A stretch of DNA of 64,000 nucleotides, taken from Barthelona sp. PCE. Lineage: Eukaryota. The notes below the pieces were generated by a model that had not been told where the DNA came from, searched no databases, and saw only the letters and a program-made list of their open reading frames with translations. This document shows positions 30,857-41,460 of the stretch, piece after piece. Positions within the stretch are counted from its first letter, which is position 1. Every line of letters starts with the position of its first letter. The stretch is from NCBI GenBank assembly GCA_040285745.1, contig JAUFOR010000003.1, forward strand, positions 372,001 to 436,000, read 5' to 3'. Both the position numbers and the translations under genes were made by a program.

Positions 30857-31292
30857 CTGTCTTAGTGAATATGTTGAAAAGGAACAGAATAGAAAAACGA
30901 GAAAATCTAATGATATTGAAGAAATTTGGGTTATCCTATGTTGTTAAACTCGTTAATAAGGGCTTATATAGTGATTTGCAATGTATGAATTCGCTTGAAA
31001 TGTGCATATTTACATGAAACACATTCTTGTTCTCATGATCAGCTCAACAAACCATTAAGGTTTTTACTACGCTCATATGGAACATGCTTTAGTTTTTCAA
31101 CAGTGAAAACAAGATAACATTGACTAGAATGAATGTGCAGGGTTTCTACTACAGATATAAGATTGCATTTTCTATTAATGTACATCACATTTCTCTCTAA
31201 TAAATGCTTTTGTGATATTTATAAGTGTTAAACAGACAATCACAACACAACCCAACTCGTTTCAGAATTTTCAATCCTTTTCTTCAGATAAT

Positions 31293-32375
31293 ATGCAAGA
31301 TAAATTTGTCTCATTCGCTCTGATTGATGCGAACACACAGGGTCTTGGTACATACACTGTTAAAGATCATTACATACTGTTTATTGCCGATTCAGAAGAT
31401 GGTCTGGGCAAAACAATATACAAAGTGGAGATTAACTCCCAAGAAAAGGAGTTGATCCCCGTCCCTATTGTACATTTAGGCAATGTAGCATGGGGAATTG
31501 TTTTTCCGGATTTCCGTTTTGTAATAACGCTGCACGATAAAGACACAATGAGATGTCATATATATTACTTCAATGGTAACATATTAGAGCAGTTCTCGCA
31601 GCCTGTGAACCTTGCAGACGATAATTATCAGCACGAGTTATTTGAAACACTCTTGGATGAGTATGATTGTCCTCTTAGTTGGATCCCCGTTGCACCCTTC
31701 TCTCCGCAGAAGGATAGGTTCCTATTTTTGCGTACAAATAGATTTAGGCAAATTATTGCAAGCACCATTACTGTCATCAATCCAGTTGTCGAGGATTTAT
31801 CATGTGATTTCCCACCAACAAGGTGGATTGGTAAGCATACCCTGTTTTGTTCATCAGCAGAGCATGGATATGTTGTGGGTTTGGACGGTAGTGTTCGAAT
31901 TTTTCCAATGAGCAAAGATTTGGAAAATGTTGAGTTACGTTTTGTTGATAAATTTCTGGAAGCACCTGGTTGCATGTATTATGTAGATGGTACTACAAAC
32001 ATGCTGAATCATATCACATTGACTGAGGAAAACGAGGGTGATTTTTTGCTGCAAGCTGAGCATACAGAAACATCAATAATTATTGACCCTGTCAGTGAAC
32101 GCTTTTTGGGATTATGTGCTAACGTTTTAGTTGTTCATAATCAACAAACAGATGCCCTATTACTCACGAATATAATTTCGGCAAATAGGAAGAGAGTTAA
32201 TCCAGCTATGCGTCATGAAAATATATTAAAGATTCGATCAGGTTTTATTCCATCTAATATTCATGCTTGTCGTTTCATAGCAAGCGAAAAATTAAAGATT
32301 ATGGTGGGATATACACAAGATGATGGAACAAATAAGCTGTTTGTTGGGACTTTCTCTGGTGGTAGCACAATGTAA
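31293..32375 (+). CDS. Hypothetical protein, beta-strand-rich (possibly a propeller)
   Basis: Long ORF 31212..32375. The ATG at 31293 is preceded by CCTTTT at 31276-31281. Confidence 0.6.
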   Translation: MQDKFVSFALIDANTQGLGTYTVKDHYILFIADSEDGLGKTIYKVEINSQEKELIPVPIVHLGNVAWGIVFPDFRFVITLHDKDTMRCHIYYFNGNILEQFSQPVNLADDNYQHELFETLLDEYDCPLSWIPVAPFSPQKDRFLFLRTNRFRQIIASTITVINPVVEDLSCDFPPTRWIGKHTLFCSSAEHGYVVGLDGSVRIFPMSKDLENVELRFVDKFLEAPGCMYYVDGTTNMLNHITLTEENEGDFLLQAEHTETSIIIDPVSERFLGLCANVLVVHNQQTDALLLTNIISANRKRVNPAMRHENILKIRSGFIPSNIHACRFIASEKLKIMVGYTQDDGTNKLFVGTFSGGSTM

Positions 32376-32377
32376 TA

Positions 32378-35300
32378 CTATATTTTTACTTCTAACAACA
32401 GACCTTTGCATGTCACGCAAACTGCTCTCTTATCAATAAGTTTCTGTATCCGTAATGGGGAGTCCTCTATCAATAGATCAACACTGGATGATACAATATC
32501 AATATTGTGATTGAGTCGTGTTGATGTGGCAACCTTGTGAATGGATGATGCCAGTGGTGGTGTGAGAATAGGTGATGTCATACTTCTCAATTTAGTTTCT
32601 GCATTGACCACAATATCTGGAATTTGTGATGTTGAAGGACAAACAGTGGTTATGAATTCTAATGAGCGGCCAATAAAGTGCTTTTTCAATCTAAATATAT
32701 GTATGGGACCTGCCTCATCATCATTGAAATCTTGTTCTTTCATAGCAATGTACTGTCCACATAAAGATATGGCAATTCCATCAAAAAAAGCATCTATTTC
32801 ATTTAACGATGATTTTAAATCACAGTTAACGCGATCGAATGTTTTCAGATCGTAGTATATAAGCTCTGTTTTGCTGTTTCCGCTGTAATATATATGATCA
32901 TCTAATGAGCTTTGCTTAATGCAACAAACAGACTGACCTGAAAAAGTAAAATCACATAAATATCTCCGTTTAATATCCACCAAGAGATTAATAGATCGAT
33001 TGTGAATGAACTCTGTTGCAAATTTACCAAATGATAAAGTTAAAATGTTGAGTACTGTAACTAACAAAACCTCAAGGTTACTACAAAAAACTGGTAGATC
33101 CTCTCTAATCAGCATATGAAGAACATCAATAATGATTATACGATGACTCAATGAATGATCCGTCTTGAATCTTAAGAATAAACTCTCTAAAGATTTGAAG
33201 CAAAAATTTGAAAAAATATCAATAATTTGTTGTTTTAATTGAGGCTTATATTCATAGAAAAACGATGAAGAATGACTTAATACCAGTCCCCATAGATATT
33301 CAATAAATTTAAGATCATCAAAATTTTGCAGATTTGATTTTGTTGTCAGAAAGTAATTGAAAAAATTTAAAAGTTTCATTTTAAATTTAATTACATTGCT
33401 GAAAAAGAAAACATAACTTTCATTAAACAACTTCATCTGTTGCCTGGGTGTACCAAACAAAACCGTCGATGAACGATCATTGCTTTGTAGCAGGTGTAAC
33501 AAAACCATAATATTCTCTCTATACGTTATTTCAAACTGTTTACGTTCAATTTCAATTGTAAATTCTGTGAATAACAAGTCAATGACGTCGCTGAAATACT
33601 CTTCAATTGTTAATAAATCATATAAGTCATTACCTAATTCTATATGATTGACAAAGTAGTCATGTAACAAATCAAACATTCTTAAAACTGCTTTTGAAGC
33701 AATGACACGTGTTTCTGTTCTTTTAGAAACATGTTTACGAGCTGTTTTGTTGCGAAAATCATCAGAAAACCATAAAACAAAAGGAAGATGACGTAATATC
33801 ATCGGAGTGATAGAAAAAAGAAATTCTGCAAAAATAACAAGTACATCAACGTTGATTTGGATGTTATAACGTCCAACAATAACTATAACACAACAAAGCA
33901 AGAAAAATTGTTCAAAATTTGCGTAACCAGTGCTCTGAGGTTTGTAATATGATAAAAATAATTTTTTGATCATTCTTTTGGATGGTAAATCCTCAGAAAA
34001 TAACAATTTAAAGCACTCGTCAACCAAAGGAAAACTGGGAATCATTAGCGGAATCACAATACGACGGAATAAAAGTATTATATCATCATGCTGAAGAGTT
34101 TTTGAAATTGATACTTCTACATCTGGAAAACTATCTTGGTTTCCATCCATATAATCCTCAATGATAAACTTACTTAAAGATGAGGTTGTCATATAAATAT
34201 TTGCAAATTCCTTCATGTCCTTAATGAACGATGATTGAAATATCGAGCAAAGAATATCCAAAACGCTGAATAAATCCAATACATAGTTGTACCTGGTTTC
34301 AAAGATGAATAAAGGGTTGACATCAGGTTTCTTTTGTCGAACAGGAAGTAATTCTGGAAGTGGAGTTAAATTAAAACTGATTAAATCAAAAGAAAAAATT
34401 CGTCTAGTTGTTTCAGAAACTAAAAATAATGAAGGAAACTTCAGTTGTGCACGTAAAATAGTCCCGTTAAAATCAAGAACACGCTTAACACTAAATACAC
34501 TATTGTATAATTGCAACACAATAAGAGCATTAGAGTAGCTAACTACAAACAAATATGACATATTGACATAGTCTTTTGTGTTTGGTAGTGTAAATTCTGA
34601 TGATACGAATGAATTCAGATCGAAAAAAGCAAACGGGAAAATGCAATAGGTGAAAAAGTGAGATTCTCGATTACTCACTGGAACCGGTAATACAACAGAA
34701 AAGATACTATCTATATCCTCTAATATATCTAATTTAACTGAAAAACGTAAAATGTCACGTTCTGATATGATATTCATTAACACACCTCGACAGCACTCTT
34801 TCACATACTTATTATCTTGTTGATATCGACTGAACAACAGGTTTCCGTCGAAATTTTGATGAAGTCGCGGTATGACGCCTAGCTCCTTTACCACAGAATA
34901 CGTTGATTGATACTCAGTAACGAGTGGAACGCTAATGTTTGGCATTTCAAGTGAGTCATCCAGTTTCTGAAGATCATTGACAAGCGAAGATTCTACCACA
35001 TCAACTGATACTCGTGTTTCATACATTCCATATTTTGTTCTCGAAAATTGTGAATAAAAAAATACACATTTTTCTTTCAAATCCACATGCAACAAACATG
35101 CAACGTTATTATTAATAACCTTGTATGCTGCAATATTATCCTTGACGTCTAATAATGGAAATTCATCTGAAACTATTAGGATAGGTTCACCATCAATTCC
35201 CAATACACAGTCCAAACCTTGGTGCAAATCAAATTCATCCAATATTTGATTTTCAAAGTCCATCATTGAGAAAACATATTCATTACGATCATTGATTCGT

Positions 35301-35917
35301 GAACAATACATTTCATTTACGAAAACAAAAGGATTACCAATATCAAAAAAATTTGTGTTCTCATTATCACCCAAAAACAAAACCCTTGTACTGGGTATCT
35401 GCCCATCGTCAGTAATTTGTGAACCTTGAAGAAGACAAACACCATAATCCATATGGTGACCTAATGCTTGAATAGACTCATAAAAATATTTGTGTAATGG
35501 CATCCTACGAGGTTTTTCAAAGTCAAAGGCTTTGTAAACACGCAAAGTGTGACTTGAAAGTACAACAAAAAAATCCTCAACAAAACAAAAATCAAGACAA
35601 TTCTCAATTTTGAAACTTTTTAACATGAGTCCATTATCCATTGTATAGATACGAATCTCGTCACTGGAACCAAAAAACGCAATCATTGGTGTCCCATCAA
35701 CCACTATAGATACCATTTTGGAAACCAACCAGTTCTTAATGACGCATGTCTGAATAGGTCCCTCTTCTATTGCCGCATTGAAGAATAGTAACAGTGTTGA
35801 TGTAAGATCGTGCTGGAATGCAACGCAAAAATGTGATTCCTCACATTGTGCACATAAAAGCTGATTAAATCGATTTGTTGCTCCTACATCAGGCCCTAAA
35901 AGATTATTTAAGTACAT
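32378..35917 (-). CDS. Large protein, possibly a highly divergent WDR7/WDR72 (rabconnectin-3 beta)-like protein
   Basis: N-terminal propeller-like strands and a helical middle. The C-terminal 'IIDVLHMLIREDLPVFCSNLEVLLVTVLNIL' and 'IYYDLKT...IAISLCGQYIA' resemble the WDR7 C-terminus by eye. The ORF is solid, the name is tentative. Confidence 0.5.
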   Translation of the reverse strand: MYLNNLLGPDVGATNRFNQLLCAQCEESHFCVAFQHDLTSTLLLFFNAAIEEGPIQTCVIKNWLVSKMVSIVVDGTPMIAFFGSSDEIRIYTMDNGLMLKSFKIENCLDFCFVEDFFVVLSSHTLRVYKAFDFEKPRRMPLHKYFYESIQALGHHMDYGVCLLQGSQITDDGQIPSTRVLFLGDNENTNFFDIGNPFVFVNEMYCSRINDRNEYVFSMMDFENQILDEFDLHQGLDCVLGIDGEPILIVSDEFPLLDVKDNIAAYKVINNNVACLLHVDLKEKCVFFYSQFSRTKYGMYETRVSVDVVESSLVNDLQKLDDSLEMPNISVPLVTEYQSTYSVVKELGVIPRLHQNFDGNLLFSRYQQDNKYVKECCRGVLMNIISERDILRFSVKLDILEDIDSIFSVVLPVPVSNRESHFFTYCIFPFAFFDLNSFVSSEFTLPNTKDYVNMSYLFVVSYSNALIVLQLYNSVFSVKRVLDFNGTILRAQLKFPSLFLVSETTRRIFSFDLISFNLTPLPELLPVRQKKPDVNPLFIFETRYNYVLDLFSVLDILCSIFQSSFIKDMKEFANIYMTTSSLSKFIIEDYMDGNQDSFPDVEVSISKTLQHDDIILLFRRIVIPLMIPSFPLVDECFKLLFSEDLPSKRMIKKLFLSYYKPQSTGYANFEQFFLLCCVIVIVGRYNIQINVDVLVIFAEFLFSITPMILRHLPFVLWFSDDFRNKTARKHVSKRTETRVIASKAVLRMFDLLHDYFVNHIELGNDLYDLLTIEEYFSDVIDLLFTEFTIEIERKQFEITYRENIMVLLHLLQSNDRSSTVLFGTPRQQMKLFNESYVFFFSNVIKFKMKLLNFFNYFLTTKSNLQNFDDLKFIEYLWGLVLSHSSSFFYEYKPQLKQQIIDIFSNFCFKSLESLFLRFKTDHSLSHRIIIIDVLHMLIREDLPVFCSNLEVLLVTVLNILTLSFGKFATEFIHNRSINLLVDIKRRYLCDFTFSGQSVCCIKQSSLDDHIYYSGNSKTELIYYDLKTFDRVNCDLKSSLNEIDAFFDGIAISLCGQYIAMKEQDFNDDEAGPIHIFRLKKHFIGRSLEFITTVCPSTSQIPDIVVNAETKLRSMTSPILTPPLASSIHKVATSTRLNHNIDIVSSSVDLLIEDSPLRIQKLIDKRAVCVTCKGLLLEVKI

Positions 35918-35986
35918 CACATGTGCAATGCTTTTCTGTATCGAGTTCGAAAAGGTAAAAAAATCTAATACTTTTTACTATAATCA

Positions 35987-37717
35987 TCAAAGCGCATCTT
36001 TGTATCTTGAATTAGCTGACTTATCATCTTCTTCAACATCTTCGTTGTATTTCCACTGATGTAAATCCAACTGATTAATTTTTCGAGGTCTGGTTGGTTG
36101 AGAACGTTTCAGTTTTTTTAAAGGAGTGCTGAACACTGTGAAGTTGTCAAATGTGACTTTCAACTTATTCATATCAAAATTGCTGAACAAAGAATGATCA
36201 AGCATACCATCATCGAAAACTACAATCTCTGATGCGCTACTGGAACAAAAAACAACCAGTTTGATCAACAATGGTTTAATTCTTTCAGATGATTTTGTGT
36301 CAAAGTATTCTTCGATCTCAACAATATAGTCAACTAAAAAACCATCCTTATTCCACACACTACTATACTTATCATCTCCCCACAGTGCTGGGTTTAGCTC
36401 AATACAACACGCTAACTTTAAAAGAAATATAAAAATTTTGACACTAATCAAAAAATGATTAAATGTTTGATAATATGCGTTGATATCCTTCATCAAAAGC
36501 AAAGCGATCTCGTATCCGAACTCTATCAGGTTGTGACTCTTAAACAAATGTAACAATCGCTTATAATTGAAAATTTGATAATCATCATTCTCCAGCATGT
36601 GATTATAACGATCTTTGTAACTTAAAAAAAAGACAAAATCTCTAATTACGCAATAGATCTGATCGTTAAAATAACAAAAATGAATCAATTGATGATAAGT
36701 TTCATAATGACTGAAAAGTTGAAATTGCCTAAATAAAATATCAACAGAATTAACTCTATATATATCAAAATCCAACTCTAATGTGATAAAGCATTCATTC
36801 TTCACGTATATTTCCCTTGTCATATGACATTCATCAATTAAAACTCTTAACATGCTCTCAAATTCTCTTATATTATGATGTTCGAATTTCAAAACCATTA
36901 AAAGACACGACTGTAACAATTGCACACGATCCCCAGCGTCTATTTTATCGCTAAAATTACAAACTACATTGTCGAAAATTACCAAAGAAATTAATACCAA
37001 TCGTGTTGATAACGCATACCGTCTGCGTAATTCATTAAGCCATATCCAACAGTCATCGCGGGACAAAGCATCAATATCCGATGGCATCTGTCTAAGCTGT
37101 AAAGTAAATGATTGCATTACATTCTTGACTGCCAATGTATGTTGCAATTTAATACAATACTTTTGAAAAACAGTTATAACTTTCCAAAGTTCAATCATGT
37201 CACCAAAAACTTTCCTGTAAAAATGATTTTCATTCGGAATACCCAATCTAAAAGTCAAAAACCCAGTACTAGCTGCTTCATCAGCAAAAACAACACAATA
37301 AAACTGATTGTGAAGACGGAAAACATCGTACACAAGTAACTGGTGCTTCTCATAAAGCAAATATATCTGTCTTTCTTGATTTTTAAACAAGAATAAATCC
37401 ACTGCTGGAACTAAAAATCCATCTAAATCTACAATTCGATAATCGTTGATCGGAGACGATATCCACTTGTTAGTTACACCGAAAACTTCATCGATAGGTA
37501 ACTTCTTGCCCGTAAAAAAATTTAACAAATGCGATGTGTTGCGTATGTATCGAAAAATGTCTGAATTTGTCCTGAAAGTCACTGGCTTGGTCTGCGTTAG
37601 TGGACAGTCAGTTGTATAACCCAATGGACCAGCATCAGAAAGGAAGTTAGCATTAGAGAAGCTAAATACGTCACCAACTCCCATATTCTCTTCTTCCTCG
37701 AGAGATAATGTGTCCAT
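35987..37717 (-). CDS. Divergent cyclin-box protein with a long unique N-terminal region
   Basis: 'RDDCWIWLNELRRRYALS...SLVIFDNVV...VQLLQSCLLMVLKFEH...KNECFITLELDFDI' follows the cyclin-N consensus (R..L.dWL.ev...L...D......LQL....l..K.Ee...ME..il..L.f.l). Confidence 0.6.
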   Translation of the reverse strand: MDTLSLEEEENMGVGDVFSFSNANFLSDAGPLGYTTDCPLTQTKPVTFRTNSDIFRYIRNTSHLLNFFTGKKLPIDEVFGVTNKWISSPINDYRIVDLDGFLVPAVDLFLFKNQERQIYLLYEKHQLLVYDVFRLHNQFYCVVFADEAASTGFLTFRLGIPNENHFYRKVFGDMIELWKVITVFQKYCIKLQHTLAVKNVMQSFTLQLRQMPSDIDALSRDDCWIWLNELRRRYALSTRLVLISLVIFDNVVCNFSDKIDAGDRVQLLQSCLLMVLKFEHHNIREFESMLRVLIDECHMTREIYVKNECFITLELDFDIYRVNSVDILFRQFQLFSHYETYHQLIHFCYFNDQIYCVIRDFVFFLSYKDRYNHMLENDDYQIFNYKRLLHLFKSHNLIEFGYEIALLLMKDINAYYQTFNHFLISVKIFIFLLKLACCIELNPALWGDDKYSSVWNKDGFLVDYIVEIEEYFDTKSSERIKPLLIKLVVFCSSSASEIVVFDDGMLDHSLFSNFDMNKLKVTFDNFTVFSTPLKKLKRSQPTRPRKINQLDLHQWKYNEDVEEDDKSANSRYKDAL

Positions 37718-37833
37718 TTATTGCCCTACCGTTGTGTAACCAACATCAAATATGTGATAAAAAGGAATAATAAGTTTTAACTTGTTATCGCTTATTTTCC
37801 CTATTTTTTGACTCCCCCAACTTGTATTCTCAC

Positions 37834-39546
37834 ATGGGTTTCGTGGTAAACATCAAGCTTTTGCCGAACGATGTTAGCGATATTTATACGCTTGAAATCG
37901 ATGAAAATAAGTCGCTACAAGACGTAGCTATCGCTTTTTCCAAAGTAGTATTTCAGAGCAACCGAAGGATGACGTTTTTTTTAACGAATTCGCTTTTTGA
38001 TATCAATCCAGATGCAACTGGTTTGGAAAACTCTCTTTCACTTCAAGAATTGACTTTAAACGAGACTCCTGATCAGGTTTTCCTGTTTGCTAGGGTGGAA
38101 GAAGAAGATACTGACGTAACACCTCGATTAGAAGCGGAAGAGGAAGATCCAATTAAGTCTCAACAAATTAACTGTACCATCTTTTTCTATCCTGAGGGCT
38201 GGAGCCACACCGTTGTAATGTGGCGTGGCCAGCAAATTAAACATATGAAACGTGATTTAAATGAAAATTTGAATATTGATACTAAGAATGTCCGTCTCAT
38301 GCATGAAGGTATCATTGTAGAAGATGATGCGTTTATTGAAATATACGGAGATGATCCTATCTTTACATTCCACATGATATTTGATCAGGAATTTAAGGAG
38401 GATAAGGAAGTTGAAGTTGAAGAAGTACCAATGGACCATGCACCTTTTGAACTTGATTTATATAAGAAACCATTCTTAGGCGGATATAGAGATAAGCGTA
38501 ATGGTAAGGAATATCATCATGCTTTTACTCAAACATTCAAAAAAATCAATATGGTACAGAAATTTCATAGAGATACACAAACAGTTCATGTGGTTGATGT
38601 GAAGCAACAATGCCCACGTGAAATGTCAACACAGACCATCCGTAGAGATTTGTGTATGGAGGGTAACTACCGTGTTGTTGAAAGTGGTGAGTACGAAACA
38701 GCTGACGTGTATGAAGCGAAAAGAAATGCAGCAGCTGTCACGATTCAGAGAGTTGTACGTGGTTATCTGGCTCGCAAACAGTATGGCGGATTACTAATGG
38801 ATAGAAGCAAAGAAGAAGAAGCTATTTTGGAAATGGCTAGAAAGAAGGATGAATATGAGGCGTTCATTAATGAGAAGAGGCGAAAGGCTCGTCTTTCACC
38901 CAGATCTAACAGAGATTTTAAACAGATCCATGACGAGGTTGCAAAATGGCATCAGCGTGAAGTTGATCGTATTAACATGATGTTCCCTGATAAGGAAGAC
39001 GAAGATCAGAACAAAGAACGCCAAGAGCGCATGAAGGCTCTTCTGTCAAAGGAGACGCAGATGCTTCAGGCAATTGGAAAGCTGAAGATTAAAGCAAATA
39101 AGGAGAATCGCAAGAATGCTGTAACCAAGACATTAAAGCTAATGAGTGCTCCCAAACTGTGGGCAATGTCTGACGGATCAGTATGCGAGGTATCTACACC
39201 ACTATGTGTTCGTGCAGAAGAGCTCAAGACATTGTATGAAGGTTTAACGTCCAACATTCCTCTTGATGAAAGACTAGATGTCTTGTTGCATGTGAAATGC
39301 ACCGTAAAGGAGTTCGATTGTGCCTTAACCAGAGATATTGTAGATCTCATTGATAGAGAAGCTGATTTGATTAGTAGGAATAGGCCTGTTAAGACAATGA
39401 AGGGTCTAAGACAAAGAATTTCGAATTTATTCCTCAGATTCATTGAGACACCAGAGTTTAACCCTGAAGCTGCACGCTTCCAAAGAGTTCCTGTCGATTT
39501 CCGTGTTTCTAAGGATCATGTTCCTATTGTTCCCTTCTCCAGATAA
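37834..39546 (+). CDS. IQUB: IQ and ubiquitin-like domain-containing protein (flagellar radial spoke associated)
   Basis: 'KKPFLGGYRDKRNGKEYHHAFTQT', IQ motif 'AAVTIQRVVRGYLARK', 'ERLDVLLHVKCTVKEFDC..T.DIVDLIDREADL' and 'PEFNPEA'. Confidence 0.92.
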   Translation: MGFVVNIKLLPNDVSDIYTLEIDENKSLQDVAIAFSKVVFQSNRRMTFFLTNSLFDINPDATGLENSLSLQELTLNETPDQVFLFARVEEEDTDVTPRLEAEEEDPIKSQQINCTIFFYPEGWSHTVVMWRGQQIKHMKRDLNENLNIDTKNVRLMHEGIIVEDDAFIEIYGDDPIFTFHMIFDQEFKEDKEVEVEEVPMDHAPFELDLYKKPFLGGYRDKRNGKEYHHAFTQTFKKINMVQKFHRDTQTVHVVDVKQQCPREMSTQTIRRDLCMEGNYRVVESGEYETADVYEAKRNAAAVTIQRVVRGYLARKQYGGLLMDRSKEEEAILEMARKKDEYEAFINEKRRKARLSPRSNRDFKQIHDEVAKWHQREVDRINMMFPDKEDEDQNKERQERMKALLSKETQMLQAIGKLKIKANKENRKNAVTKTLKLMSAPKLWAMSDGSVCEVSTPLCVRAEELKTLYEGLTSNIPLDERLDVLLHVKCTVKEFDCALTRDIVDLIDREADLISRNRPVKTMKGLRQRISNLFLRFIETPEFNPEAARFQRVPVDFRVSKDHVPIVPFSR

Positions 39547-39549
39547 TGA

Positions 39550-41241
39550 TTAGTCGCTTAATGTAAAAAGATCATTGTATTCAGGACTCCACAACCCAAC
39601 TCCACTGATATAACTGTGATTCTTAACAGTGTTCTCTCCTTGTTGCGATAAAAAATCATTTTCTTCCTTCATTGAATTTTCTGGTTCTGTAAATACCATG
39701 GCAACCATTGGTTCCGGCTCTCGGGGCTCATTTGCTTCTCCTAAGTTCGAAAAAAAAACTACAGCATCCGAAAAATTTTCAATATCAGATCTTTCTTCAT
39801 GTTTCTCTTCTTCAATACTCTTCATTCCAATCAGCTTGCGGACAGCCATGTACGGTGTTAGGTTATACTTTGAACGAAATGAAAGACACTTAAAACACAT
39901 ACAATTCTGACCATGATGAATAATTGGTTTAACATCATTGAATGATATCTCTGAATAAATCTTTTCTTCGAAATCACTGCTTCCCATAACAAACTGTTGA
40001 GGAGAGGGTGGTCTGATCTTTGGTGTCTTTGGCATTGGAATCTTGTTCCGAACCGGTACGCTGTGCAATTTTTTTCTTTTATGGGTTATCTTCCTCTTTA
40101 CCTGTGGTGTGTAGAACATATTTTTGTTCGGAACCTCCCAGCGCCCATGTTCTACTACATGTTCGTGACGTGGTAGATCCATCATATACTCCACTGGGTT
40201 CTTAAGACCGTATGACAAATGGAAAACTTCTGCATCTTCATCATCATCTGCATCCATAACCATAAAACTGTTAAAGAACATTGAATTGCGCATTTTAATG
40301 TTATTTCGGGTTGTTACAATAAATGGAAGACAACCTAGGAAACCTACAACTCTAACAATAAATATATCATCTCGATCTCTTCTAAAATGCACTGATATGA
40401 AGCGCACATTCGAGCTGAGCGTCTCAGGTGTGAATGGAAGTGTACCAATGACGGAGAAAGTATCGCATGTACATTCCACACATGTCTTCTCTGTCAAGTC
40501 GCATAAAACTATTGTTTCATATGTTAAAGGAATATGAGCTGTACTTGCAATTAAAGGCACATCATATACTACCTCTTCAACAAAAGCAATAGTAAGTGGA
40601 ACGATCAAGCAATGTGAAGTATGCATTGCAAAGTGACCGTGATCATATACACCGCCACAACAATAGCAGAAGTGTATACCGCACAAATTGCAGCAACAGT
40701 GGAACGAAGAGTCGAGATTCAACTCTAGCAAGGAATAGTGACCGTTTGGACACGGTTTAGCGTTGTTACGAAGGAATATCTCTGTCCTTCTTTCACTTTC
40801 CTTACAATTCTGAAGATATTGATGCTCAAAATCGATACATGTAATGTTTTCATCATGCTGCTTTTTGCATTTAGCACAGATACATGAAAAACAAAGTGGA
40901 CAAGTCCAAAACGCTTGATTTTCAAGAAGTAAACCATGCCCTACGCAATCAACGGTATTACATTCGATGTACAGAGGATCAGATAAACGTTTAGAGCGCT
41001 GTAATCTGTTAACAACGGTAGATAAACGTCTTGAACCTAAAATACCCTTTAAATGCCGTACACTTTGTGCTTTGAAACACCCATGTATGGGGCAAACAAG
41101 CCCTGGTAGTTTATGAACATGATTAACAAAGAAACTGTAAAGACAGTCAACACATATAAAATGACCACAACTAAGACGCCCAGAGCCCCAAATGGTCAGC
41201 TTTTGTTGCATACAAATCTGACAAACCTTTAATAACCCCAT
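39550..41241 (-). CDS. RBR-type (RING1-IBR-RING2) E3 ubiquitin ligase-like protein
   Basis: RING1 'CQIC...CGHFICVDC...CPIHGC', IBR 'CNTVDC...CPLC..CICAKCKKQH...C', degenerate RING2 'CPNGH...HCCCNLCGIHFCYCC'. Confidence 0.8.
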   Translation of the reverse strand: MGLLKVCQICMQQKLTIWGSGRLSCGHFICVDCLYSFFVNHVHKLPGLVCPIHGCFKAQSVRHLKGILGSRRLSTVVNRLQRSKRLSDPLYIECNTVDCVGHGLLLENQAFWTCPLCFSCICAKCKKQHDENITCIDFEHQYLQNCKESERRTEIFLRNNAKPCPNGHYSLLELNLDSSFHCCCNLCGIHFCYCCGGVYDHGHFAMHTSHCLIVPLTIAFVEEVVYDVPLIASTAHIPLTYETIVLCDLTEKTCVECTCDTFSVIGTLPFTPETLSSNVRFISVHFRRDRDDIFIVRVVGFLGCLPFIVTTRNNIKMRNSMFFNSFMVMDADDDEDAEVFHLSYGLKNPVEYMMDLPRHEHVVEHGRWEVPNKNMFYTPQVKRKITHKRKKLHSVPVRNKIPMPKTPKIRPPSPQQFVMGSSDFEEKIYSEISFNDVKPIIHHGQNCMCFKCLSFRSKYNLTPYMAVRKLIGMKSIEEEKHEERSDIENFSDAVVFFSNLGEANEPREPEPMVAMVFTEPENSMKEENDFLSQQGENTVKNHSYISGVGLWSPEYNDLFTLSD

Positions 41242-41460
41242 TCATTCCTTAAAAAGAGAAATATTTTTGACTTCATTCCATTGCGTTAATGCTCAACTAA
41301 AGTAATCATAAATGTGGGAATGGCACTCACGCTACAAATAAACTATAGATATTTAATGTATCTGATGCAATAAACGATCCTTACAAAACACTTTACTACT
41401 ACTAATTATTAAAGTTATGCACGTTTGCTCAGTGTTTGGTTTGGTCTAATATGCCGAAAA

